Part shown: positions 25,997-35,441 of the stretch, piece after piece
How the letters are laid out: each line of letters opens with the position of its first letter
How positions within the stretch are numbered: position 1 is the first letter of the stretch
Assembly: GCA_038142325.1 (NCBI GenBank)
Contig: JAYQJW010000002.1
Location: 715,328 to 779,327, forward strand
Source of the DNA: Gammaproteobacteria bacterium
GTDB lineage: Bacteria > Pseudomonadota > Gammaproteobacteria > GCA-002705445 > GCA-002716945
Length of the DNA stretch: 64,000 nt
Direction: 5' to 3'
Translations under genes and position numbers: made by a program
The notes under the pieces: generated by a model
The model's database searches: none
The model's input: only the letters and a program-made list of their open reading frames with translations
What the model was told of the DNA's origin: nothing

Positions 25997-26628
25997 ATAG
26001 TATGTCCTGCATAACTCGGTAAAGCATCTTTATAATCAAAACTCTCTTTCAAACTACAATATGTTTTGTAATATTCAATTAATAATTCTGAATTAATATA
26101 ATCATCTATTAAAATATGATTAGATATTTCTTCATTGATAATATCTTGTGAATCAGTAGCAATCGTATAGTCAGTTAAAGGTTTGACATCTGAGAATATC
26201 ATTGTAGTACATGGCTCTTCCATAATGCATTCATTTAAATTTATTTTGATAAGACCATGGAAGATTTGATTGCCAAAGGCTTTTTTTATAATTTGTAAAT
26301 TCTCTATTTGATGTTTTTTATAAATAGAATATGCATCTAAATTGAGTGAATTAATTCCATAGACAGGACAGTCATTGCTATAACCAATTGCTTGGACTAT
26401 TGCAGATGACACTCTTACACCTGTAAAACTTCCAGGGCCACTGTTGAAAATAACTGAATCAATTTGATTAGGACTTATTTCACATTTTGAAACAAGATTA
26501 TCAATTTCAACTAAAATACTTTCACTGGATACAGATTCAGATGTATCTTGAAATGTTTTAACCTCATTATCCTTAGATAAACTTAGAGAAAAAGATTTTC
26601 CAGATGAATCAATAGCAAGTATATTCAT
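25993..26628 (-). CDS. tsaB: tRNA threonylcarbamoyladenosine biosynthesis protein TsaB
   Basis: ILAIDSS, GPGSFTGVR. Confidence 0.9.
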   Translation of the reverse strand: MNILAIDSSGKSFSLSLSKDNEVKTFQDTSESVSSESILVEIDNLVSKCEISPNQIDSVIFNSGPGSFTGVRVSSAIVQAIGYSNDCPVYGINSLNLDAYSIYKKHQIENLQIIKKAFGNQIFHGLIKINLNECIMEEPCTTMIFSDVKPLTDYTIATDSQDIINEEISNHILIDDYINSELLIEYYKTYCSLKESFDYKDALPSYAGHTI

Positions 26629-26663
26629 ATGTCATACTATACTATAGAATATACAAAAATTAT

Positions 26664-26734
26664 CTCCCCGTAGTTAAACTGGATATAACAAGACCCTCCT
26701 AAGGTTTAGTTCCTGGTTCGAGTCCGGGGGGAGG
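26664..26734 (+). tRNA. tRNA-Arg(CCT)
   Basis: 5' CTCCCCG-TA-GTTA..TGGATA-TAAC D arm; AGACC-CT CCT AA-GGTTT anticodon arm; CCTGG-TTCGAGT-CCGGG T arm; 3' acceptor strand appears 2 nt short in the G-run. Confidence 0.9.
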
Positions 26735-26773
26735 AAAGCTAAGTCATAATCATCAATGCTTAAAATAATTGCT

Positions 26774-27232
26774 TTATAGACCTCTATAAATACACTGGAG
26801 ACTAGCTACTTCAGTAACAATTATATTACCTGAACTTTTAGATTTGCTAACTGCCCTAACTGGACAAATCTTCATAATATTATATTGGGTGCCTCTGTAT
26901 ATACCTGCTGTTTCCATTACTACACCGCACAAATTATCAAATACCCCTACAGTTGTATTTACACCATTAGCTTTTGCTAAAGCTTCGAAAGCAGGTGCTG
27001 TATCGTAGGGATATGCTACAAGTTTAGTTACGCCAAATTCATTTGAAGATTGACAGATATTATTTAAATCCTCTTTACTTACACATTTCCTGTTAGCACT
27101 TTCAGTACATGAGCCGTCAGCATAATGTATATAGGCTACACCAGGCTCCATATCATCTGCTGGATTAGAAGAACACGAGGTTATGATAATACTAATACAA
27201 AAAATAAATAAATACTTACTAAGTTCTCTCAT
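26774..27232 (-). CDS. hypothetical Cys-rich lipoprotein
   Basis: Lipobox IITSC after hydrophobic signal; six further Cys; AAGAGAGG RBS upstream. Confidence 0.7.
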   Translation of the reverse strand: MRELSKYLFIFCISIIITSCSSNPADDMEPGVAYIHYADGSCTESANRKCVSKEDLNNICQSSNEFGVTKLVAYPYDTAPAFEALAKANGVNTTVGVFDNLCGVVMETAGIYRGTQYNIMKICPVRAVSKSKSSGNIIVTEVASLQCIYRGL

Positions 27233-27360
27233 GACAATCCTCTCTTATATTATGAATATTCTTCTACTTAAATTCATAGTAACTTAGATTCAAAGCCTGA
27301 TTTCAATAAGAGTTAGGAATGATGTATTAAATTTATATAAATTATTGATATAATTAATTA

Positions 27361-29180
27361 ATGAAAAATCTTTCACTCATAGCTTTGTTTCTTATAAGTT
27401 CTTTAATTACAGTTACAGCTTTGTCTGATGATACACTCTCGGCTTTATCAATAGAAAATTATGAAAAATCTAATATAAGTTTTAATTCAATTTATACTGG
27501 TACTAAAGAAGGGGTTTTGTATAAGAATACTAAAAACACCAACAATAACTTGTCCATTTTCATATCAAAAAATTCAAATTATTATCTTATGACAGACTTT
27601 GATAAATTAGGCAAAGAGACTGGTCTATGGTATCAACAAAGAGGAAATAATAGAGATGATCCCGATACAATAAGATCAGGTATATTCAAGAATAATCAAT
27701 TTATTGGGCATATTAAATGTAAATCGGGATGTAGCGATAACTACTTCTCAAGATCTAAGAGCGATCGTAAAGGTAATTCAAGAAATATTATTTGGTCAAA
27801 TGATAAAGGCATAATGTATTTATCGAATTCAGATTATGAAGAAGCGATCTACTACATAGAATTTGAAAAAAAAATACAAAGTTATGGTCAGGAGATTTCT
27901 TAAACCTGAATATGATGGAATAGTTGATGTCTATGCCATGCAAGACAAAAAACGTGTTGGAATAATCTTAGTTTTAAAATCAAAAGAAAAGAGTCATTGA
28001 GAAAACATATAATTTTTATACTAATTTAGATACATCTAAAAAATATCCGTCACAAATGATGAAAAGTGAAGATGCAATTGAACCCACCTATCCTATTGTA
28101 AGAGGTAATAAGATAAATGATGTATCTGCAGAAGCATATGATATAGCGGTGGCACTAATAGACTATATAGATGGTAATTTTAAAACAATTAAAGACATGG
28201 TGTTTAATGATAAAGAGTTTGAAACAAATCAATCATCATTTAAAAAACTTTATAATATGATTGTAGCATATGAGAAAGACATCGAGGATAAGAAATTGCT
28301 TGCTATCAAAAACAAACAAGATGAAATAAGCGCTTTGTTTGAGAGAAAAAAAGAGATTCTTAAAGATGTATATTTTGGTGATAGGGTACTAATTAGAAAT
28401 GCCGCAGTCAGTCCATATAAAGGCTTAGCAAGTCAAAAAAATATAAAACATTTTGATTCATGCGAAAATATTAAAGATGGTTTAATTAATTATATGCAAA
28501 TTAAAACAGACTCAAATGGAGTGAAGACGCTTTATCAAGGAAAATTGCTACTTAAAGATAGTAGTGTAAGTGAACTCACTGATATATTATTTGTAAAAAC
28601 TAAAAAGGAAGCATCAAACTATTCATTGCCTGAACAATCTGTCGAAGACAAGATTTCTACAGAATATATAAAAGAATCTGCATCGCACGAGAAAATTTAT
28701 TATATAAACCCTACTCATCTCGCATATGGAAACAGTACATGGACTGTTGATGCGAAACAATCTGAGAGAAAAATTGATCATAATAGTAAAATTTTTAAAT
28801 CTGATGCCCTTATTTTATTACAGGTAGACAAAGCATTAGAAGACGATAAACATAAAAAATCAGCATCAAAGAGACAGGCTGATATAGATTTATCGAAAAA
28901 GGAAATCGGCGGCCTTATGTTTGGTTCGTGTCCTGCAGATGATTTTGAAAAATTACAAGCAAGATTATCTAAAAAAATATAGATCAAACATTATTAGCAA
29001 AGGAATTAAGCAGTTCAAAAAAGAGATGGAATCGAGCAGTTGAGAATGAAAAACAAAGACAATTACAACAAGCAAAAAATGCTGATCAATGTAATAGATA
29101 TCAACGTTTTATATGGGATACATGGGGTTCAAGTAAAATATATATTTCCAATTTATTGCTGGTGGCGTATACAGAAATGA
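27361..29180 (+). CDS. hypothetical secreted protein, probably one ~600 aa gene split by frameshifts (ORFs 27361..27903 and 28056..28982 plus flanks)
   Basis: Signal peptide MKNLSLIALFLISSLITVTALS; open frames bridge the gaps around A-runs. Confidence 0.55.
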
Positions 29181-29184
29181 ATGG

Positions 29185-29577
29185 CTACCATTTATAAGAA
29201 GTAATTGTAATATTACAGTTCCGCATACCGGTGGAAATGGATAGTAATAAAAGAATTATTCTTTTTCGATTTTTAAATATATGTGTGACGCAGACCAGGC
29301 AATCATGATTAGTCCAAAAATAAGCTTGTATACCTGAAACAATTCTAGCACTACCATAAAAATGAATATCTCCGATTCCCAAAGTCGTATATGTGCTAAT
29401 TGAGTAATAAATTAAATCAATATAAGAATTGTCATGACTTCCCTGCATGTTATCAATTTCAATGAAATAGATAAATGAAAATAGAAGAACATGAAATAAG
29501 TGAGAAAATAATACAAGGATAATTGAAAAACTAAGGTTTGATGATAACTTTAAAAAAAGTGATGTGATCTTACACAT
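29185..29577 (-). CDS. small 2-TM potassium-channel-family (Ion_trans_2) protein; ends uncertain
   Basis: TM - YYSISTYTTLGIGDI pore loop - TM. Confidence 0.75.
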   Translation of the reverse strand: MCKITSLFLKLSSNLSFSIILVLFSHLFHVLLFSFIYFIEIDNMQGSHDNSYIDLIYYSISTYTTLGIGDIHFYGSARIVSGIQAYFWTNHDCLVCVTHIFKNRKRIILLLLSISTGMRNCNITITSYKW

Positions 29578-29643
29578 ACCAGAATTATTAATATTGTTAA
29601 AATAAAAACCATTTAAATAAATTATATAAGATAATATTAAGTT

Positions 29644-30724
29644 ATGAGAAATATTATATTTATCCTTATAGCATTTATATATCTACCCAATGTTTATGCA
29701 TCAGAAAACACTTAGTGTCTTTGATATATCCAATAATCTTAATGAGCCATGGGGAATGACATTTATAAATAATAAAACATTACTTATTACAGAAAAAACA
29801 GGAGCGATTATTAATGTTGATAGCACAACAGGTGATAAATATGAAATTGAGCATGATTTAGATTTTTATTATTACGGTCAAGGAGGATTGCTAGATATTT
29901 TATATCATGATGGCTATGTGTATGTTAGCTACTCTGAAGATAGAGGTGATGGGAAGTCATCAACATCTATTGCAAGAGGATTATATGATGATACAAAAAT
30001 AAATTTTCAAAATATTTTTAGAGCAGAACCACCTATCAATAGTGGTTATCATTTTGGATCTAGAATCGTTATCAAAGATAATCACTTGTATGCAACAGTG
30101 GGTGAACGTGGTAGAGGTATGATTGCACAAGATGTAACAAACCATCCAGGAAGTATAATAAGAATACATTTAGATGGATCAATACCAATAGATAATCCAA
30201 AGTTTATTGACAAACCAGATTGGCTACCTGAGGTCTATCAAATTGGTGTAAGAAATCCTCAAGGAATGTTCCTCTCCCCTTTTGATAATAAAATTTATAT
30301 TTCTAATCATGGAGCAAGAGGCGGTGATTTTTTTGGAGAAGTGAAAAAAGGAGAAAATTATGGGTGGAAGATTATTGGTTGGGGTGGAACGAACTATATA
30401 GGAACTAAAATTGGAGATGGAAGTGACTGGAAGCCAGGCTTTACAAAGCCATTATGGACATGGGTACCTTCAATTGCGCCAAGTAATATACTTATATATA
30501 GCGGTGATAAGTTTCCCGAATGGAATGGTGATGTGTTAGTAACTTCTCTTAAAAGCAAAACTTTGTTTAGACTTGATTTTGAAAATGGAGTTGTAAAGGA
30601 TCAATATATAGTTTTTGAAGACCTTATAGGAAGAATTAGAGATATTGAAATAAATAATAATGGAGAAATTTTCTTAATAGATTCAGGTAGTTCTGCAAGT
30701 CTATGGAAATTGAAAAATAAATAG
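29644..30724 (+). CDS. PQQ-dependent (aldose) sugar dehydrogenase, YliI/sGDH family (signal peptide frameshifted)
   Basis: EPWGMTF, GQGGLLD, HFGSRI, GVRNPQG, NYGW, SIAPS, GRIRDI. Confidence 0.9.
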
Positions 30725-30733
30725 GAGAGATAA

Positions 30734-31102
30734 ATGTATAGAATAGTTCAATTCTTGTTGATATATATTTTTATAGTACCTGCCTCAAGTGCAGAGACAT
30801 ATTTAGCAACGAGACAAGAATTATGGTTTCATGATTCAAGCTACTACAAAACATCGCATCATATTAAATTAGGAAAAAGTATGATGTTCAATGAATATAA
30901 GGTTTTTGGAGAAGTTGGTGTAGGAGAGGATATTCTAGAGGGTACGCCTGTTGGCTCAGGGGCTTCATATGATTATTTAAGATTTGGCTTTACCAAAACA
31001 TTTTATGATACTTTGAGGCTAAACATAAACTATAGAAGTAAAATGAAATCAGTCGGTAGAGATTTGAACTGGATTGTCATAAATACAAAATATAAATTCT
31101 AA
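30734..31102 (+). CDS. small secreted beta-rich protein, putative outer-membrane protein
   Basis: AGGAG RBS, signal peptide ending ASSA, amphipathic strands, C-terminal TKYKF beta-signal-like end. Confidence 0.6.
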   Translation: MYRIVQFLLIYIFIVPASSAETYLATRQELWFHDSSYYKTSHHIKLGKSMMFNEYKVFGEVGVGEDILEGTPVGSGASYDYLRFGFTKTFYDTLRLNINYRSKMKSVGRDLNWIVINTKYKF

Positions 31103-31154
31103 ACTATATTGTATTTAATACGAGTATCTAATCATAAGTTTGCTACAATAAATC

Positions 31155-31247
31155 ATGAGTTATGCGTTTTACATAATCACATTCTTTTTCCTTGCTATAG
31201 CTTATGCGGTTGTAATGATGTGTTTGGATGATAATACTGATATTTAG
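31155..31247 (+). CDS. putative 30-aa single-TM micropeptide (MSYAFYIITFFFLAIAYAVVMMCLDDNTDI)
   Basis: Manual translation; extended -10 TGCTACAAT (31141-31149) just upstream of ATG. Confidence 0.45.
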   Translation: MSYAFYIITFFFLAIAYAVVMMCLDDNTDI

Positions 31248-31269
31248 TAGTTCCAGTCATTAATAAATT

Positions 31270-31711
31270 ATGGTTAAAAAAGAAGACATAATTAATTTCG
31301 TCTCCTCATGGAAAAACGGAATTTTAAATATTGGAGAATATTTATAAAAAAGGTGGCGACTATAAAAAAGAAGCTGATCTTTTTTTAAAAAGACATTACC
31401 TTTTTGATAGTGAAGATGTTTTATTTAAGCCAACTTTAACTAGTGAAATAATATTCCGTAACTCGTTTGAAGGCGCTAAGTCCTATTTTGTCAAAGGTGA
31501 AATAGATGAAGATAAGGGGTTTGCAATTCAGAATTGGCAATCAATAGAACTACTTGAACTAAATACCATAATTGAAGAAAATTTAACTATAGCAATGGGT
31601 AAGATATGCTTTAAATCAGACCAAGTTACCAATGTCGCATTTACATTTGTTTTAAAGAACATAGATAATGAGCTTAAAATTAAAGTCCATCATTCGTCAC
31701 TTATACAATAA
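31270..31711 (+). CDS. COG4337-type (iota-class) carbonic anhydrase-like protein, 1-nt frameshift near 31335
   Basis: LFKPTL, FR..FEGAKSYF, EDKGFA..W, AMG, C-terminal KIKVHHSSL; N-terminal helix MVKKEDIINFVSSWKNGILNIG in adjacent frame. Confidence 0.75.
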
Positions 31712-31724
31712 TATTTAAAAATAT

Positions 31725-32027
31725 ATGAAAGAAAATAATTTAGAAAAATTAATAGGACAATGGCATAGAGACAGAAATCTCATTGATGGTAGTACAGACA
31801 AAGATCAGTTTATGAAACTATTGCAAGAAGTTGGAGAGTTATCAGACAGTCTGTGTAAGGGAAAAGACTTTAGAGACGATGTAGGTGATATTATGGTTGT
31901 TCTTATTAACATACTAGTAAGAAATGGAGTAACCATAGATGAATGTTTAGAGATTGCTTATAATTATATTAAGTATAGTAAAGGAAAAATGGTTGATGGA
32001 GTTTTTATCAAGGAAGGTGATGACTAA
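31725..32027 (+). CDS. single-domain MazG-like NTP pyrophosphohydrolase
   Basis: W..DRNL, QFMKLLQEVGEL, DDVGD, AY..IK..KGKMVDGVFIKE. Confidence 0.85.
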   Translation: MKENNLEKLIGQWHRDRNLIDGSTDKDQFMKLLQEVGELSDSLCKGKDFRDDVGDIMVVLINILVRNGVTIDECLEIAYNYIKYSKGKMVDGVFIKEGDD

Positions 32028-32060
32028 TCTAGACAATGATATGAATATACAGGAGATACT

Positions 32061-32609
32061 ATGACAAAGTTTAACTTACATACAATAGAGACAGCACCAG
32101 CTGAATCAAAAGATATCTTACAAAAAATCAGTGATAAATGGGGCTTTATACCAAATTTCATGGCTGTTATAGCAGAATCTCCAGCTATGCTAGAAAGTTA
32201 CATGGCATTGAATGATATCTTTGACAAAACATCATTAACAGAAACCGAAAGACAGATTATCCTCATGACCAATGCAAATAAACACGAGTGTACCTATTGC
32301 ATGGCTGCACATACAACTGTATCACAAATGGCAAAAGTTCCTGATGATGTAATTGAGTCTTTAAGGGACAATAAGCCGATTAAAGATAAAAAATTAGAAG
32401 CTTTGCGTAAATTTACTTCTATCATAAATGAAACTCGAGGCTGGCCAAGTGAAAATGAAGTAAATGATTTTCTTGCTGCTGGTTATAGCAAAGAAGTAAT
32501 ATTAGATATTATTGTAGGAACTTCAATGAAAGTTATGTCTAATTATACTAACCATATAACAAATACAAAGGTTGATGAAGTATTTGAAACAAATGCATGG
32601 AGTAAATAA
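32061..32609 (+). CDS. carboxymuconolactone decarboxylase / AhpD-like peroxidase family protein
   Basis: HTIETAP, GFIPN, CTYCMAAH, SNYTNH; AGGAG RBS. Confidence 0.9.
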   Translation: MTKFNLHTIETAPAESKDILQKISDKWGFIPNFMAVIAESPAMLESYMALNDIFDKTSLTETERQIILMTNANKHECTYCMAAHTTVSQMAKVPDDVIESLRDNKPIKDKKLEALRKFTSIINETRGWPSENEVNDFLAAGYSKEVILDIIVGTSMKVMSNYTNHITNTKVDEVFETNAWSK

Positions 32610-32710
32610 TTATTTTACAAGAAGACTATAGTCTGATACTTTTTAAATAACGTTAGTTGTATCACATTATTGCGTAATATCTCTAGCAGATTAACCTACT
32701 GGAGATAATT

Positions 32711-32788
32711 ATGAAATCTATGAAAGATATAGCTGTAACAGTGATTATATTAGTTGCTTTTCTAGCATTTATAAAATATTTCGCTTAA
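32711..32788 (+). CDS. putative 25-aa single-TM micropeptide (MKSMKDIAVTVIILVAFLAFIKYFA)
   Basis: Strong GGAGA RBS at 32701-32705; clean hydrophobic helix. Confidence 0.55.
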   Translation: MKSMKDIAVTVIILVAFLAFIKYFA

Positions 32789-32866
32789 TAAAGTAAAAGC
32801 ACATGTCTACTTGAACGTTATTTGTAATTAGCAAACAAATTCTATTATTGCTTTATTTATAAAACG

Positions 32867-33025
32867 ATGCGTAATAAAAAAATAGTAAATTTTTGGAAAG
32901 ATACGAATACTTGGCGTGACGAACCAGATTTTTGGAGAAAAGGTATAATGAAAAAATTACCCGTACTTGCCTCCTTATCATTTGTATTATTCTCCGGTAT
33001 CATCTTAACTCTACTGCTAAAGTAA
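32867..33025 (+). CDS. putative 52-aa tail-anchored small protein
   Basis: Manual translation MRNKKIVNFWKDTNTWRDEPDFWRKGIMKKLPVLASLSFVLFSGIILTLLLK. Confidence 0.5.
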   Translation: MRNKKIVNFWKDTNTWRDEPDFWRKGIMKKLPVLASLSFVLFSGIILTLLLK

Positions 33026-33036
33026 CTTCTTCTGGC

Positions 33037-33495
33037 ATGAGGCTATTTCAAATAATTTTCCTTTCATTTTTTTTATTTAGCTGTACTAGTAAAAATAATA
33101 CTAATGAAGTTAGCGAATTATTATGTACTTTTAAAACATCAACATCAAACAATGTAGACTTTTCTATTAAATTTAATGATGACTATGCAGAAATTAAATC
33201 ATGGTGGATAGATCGAGGCTATAAAGATTTGATTATTGATTATCATGAAGGTGAAAATGATATATTTCGTAAATATGAAATTAAAGAAAATATTAAAATC
33301 TTCGATAAATCTAATAATAAAAAAGTATTTATAAAAATAAATAGAAAAACTCTAGATGGGACAATATTAGATGAATCAATCACAAGATCAAAACTTAAAT
33401 GTAATCTTGATCCAAAAGCTACCTATAAAATGAGTTTAAAAATTGCTATTGGTAAAAAGAATTATGAGGCTTATAGAAAACAAAAAGGTTATTGA
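33037..33495 (+). CDS. hypothetical lipoprotein
   Basis: In-frame ATG at 33037 gives MRLFQIIFLSFFLFSC lipobox. Confidence 0.65.
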   Translation: MRLFQIIFLSFFLFSCTSKNNTNEVSELLCTFKTSTSNNVDFSIKFNDDYAEIKSWWIDRGYKDLIIDYHEGENDIFRKYEIKENIKIFDKSNNKKVFIKINRKTLDGTILDESITRSKLKCNLDPKATYKMSLKIAIGKKNYEAYRKQKGY

Positions 33496-33496
33496 G

Positions 33497-34638
33497 CTAA
33501 GAAAATAAATCCTTAGTATTATTAATTTTTTTGATTATATCTGGAATATTTTTCTTAAAGTTAAAAAAGCCTTTTTTTGAAAATTGCCAACAGGTTAAGT
33601 CATGTTCATGATAGATAAAATTAATATCACCAGTTTTAGAATGAGAATTGATGTAAGTGAGATTATCACCAATATTAGGATAAATTATATCGATAGATTT
33701 ACTATCTAAGAGAGAAATACACTCATGACCATCAAGTATTACAGATCCTTCGAACTTTGATGAGATATCATCTATTATTGATTTTTTAAATGATATGACA
33801 TTTTCAGATAAAGAAATACTACGATGATCGTTTGATAAAAAAATAAAATATAATTTGTCATAATTATTTTTTATATCATTGATGAATTGATAATCTAGAT
33901 TATCGTCAAAAATAAGAAGAGTATTATTATCTGACTTTTGATTTGAAAAATATATTTCATTAATATCATATGTTTTTTGTACTGGAATTGGTTCTGCATC
34001 TTCTATTAAATTATTAGGTCTAAGTCTTCCACTAGTATATTTTGCGATATTCGCACTGGTAGCAAGATAGTTTTTACCAATAGTTTGTAGTCCAGCTACC
34101 CAACGCCAACTTAAGGTGTTAGATGCTGAATCACCATCATATAAGTGATGCAAAAAAAAGTTTGCGCCTAATTGCCAAGGTAATTTTAAAGTAAAAATCC
34201 AGACGCTCGCAAACCACATTCTAGTATGATTATGTAAGTAGTTTGTTGTTTTAAGTTCACTGACCCAATCGTTAAAACAATCTATATCTGTACAACCTGA
34301 ATATGCTTTTTCTAAATCATCTTTATTTACATTTGAGTTATCATAACGTACGTAGTCATGCCATACGTCTGGTCTATGTTCTAGCCATCCTTTCCAATAG
34401 ACTCTCCAAAATACTTCCTGAATAAATTTTTCTACTTTATTGAATTTATGTTTCTCTAGAACTTTTTTACAACATCATATTCATTTAATACCCTGTGTGA
34501 GATATATTTCGATAACATAGAGACATTTTTGCGATTTTGTGGACCAAAATCATAGTTTCTATCTTTTGAATATGAGGAAAGGTCTTTGTCTATATATTCA
34601 TCTAATTCATTTAAGGCTGTATCGTAATAATTATCCAT
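33497..34638 (-). CDS. DNA photolyase/cryptochrome FAD-binding domain protein (frameshift near 34460)
   Basis: RNYDFGP..VSMLSKYISHR, KFIQEVFWRVYWKGWLE, YLHNHTRMWFASVWIFTL, DGDSASNTLSWRWVAGLQT. Confidence 0.85.
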
Positions 34639-34712
34639 AGAATTACATTATAAGTATTAAAAAGTAATTATAACTTAAATATTAAAGTAAATTATAAATG
34701 GTACTGATACAC

Positions 34713-35009
34713 CTAGGCTGATACCACCGAAAAAGAAAAAGCAAAATGAGATACCCATACTGCTGAGATAAATTTTCTAAAGATAGGGCTCGAGTCTTTG
34801 AGCTTATCGTCAACAGATTCTTTTCCAAAAATATACTCGTAATTTGAATTTACATATTTACAATAATAAACATAGATAATTGATACTATTGAAAATATAA
34901 ATAAATTCAAAAAAAGTAAATCATTAAAAAAGGATAACCAATACAAAGTAGAAACAAGTATTGGTAATAGAATATCTCTTAAAAAAACTGGCATTGGACT
35001 ATCATACAT
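34713..35009 (-). CDS. hypothetical membrane protein
   Basis: ORF with 2-3 hydrophobic segments; boundaries uncertain. Confidence 0.4.
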   Translation of the reverse strand: MYDSPMPVFLRDILLPILVSTLYWLSFFNDLLFLNLFIFSIVSIIYVYYCKYVNSNYEYIFGKESVDDKLKDSSPIFRKFISAVWVSHFAFSFSVVSA

Positions 35010-35058
35010 GAATATAAAATTGAAAGAAGAATAATATTAGTTATTTATTAAATTAATA

Positions 35059-35440
35059 TTAAATAACTGTTTGAAGCAGTTCTGCAAACTTAAATATTAT
35101 TATAAACATTGCAACTAATGCACAAAAGAAAAGAAATGAAATTACAGGAAGAACAAGATGTTGTGCGTTATTTCCAAGAAAAGCCATCACTCCTTTCTCT
35201 ATGATCTTTTGGAGAAAAAACATGATATTGCCGAATATAATTGAGGCCACAACAGGTCCCACTATAAAGTAAATAAATGGTTTTAGAGAATATACATCAG
35301 AAAAGCCTGCATCATTAGAATAAATATATAGGCTTGATAAGAACCAAAAAACTGCGGCAATAATATATTTATTTTTTTTTAGCCTTATGCTCTTGAATTT
35401 CTTGCTGTGCCGCTTTTCTTCTTTCTTCTGCTTTACTCAT
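35059..35440 (-). CDS. hypothetical membrane protein (frameshift in A-run near 35375)
   Basis: MSKAEERRKAAQQEIQEHKAKK joins KYIIAAVFWFL...GPVVASIIFG; starts 1 nt after efp stop. Confidence 0.6.
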
Positions 35441-35441
35441 T

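Noticed and set aside
31725-32027. MazG-like gene as evidence of a prophage or defence system
   Set aside because: No phage structural, replication or partner defence genes nearby.
32932-33036. TTG-started N-terminal extension of the 33037..33495 lipoprotein
   Set aside because: Overlaps the 52-aa ORF; the lipoprotein signal begins at ATG 33037.
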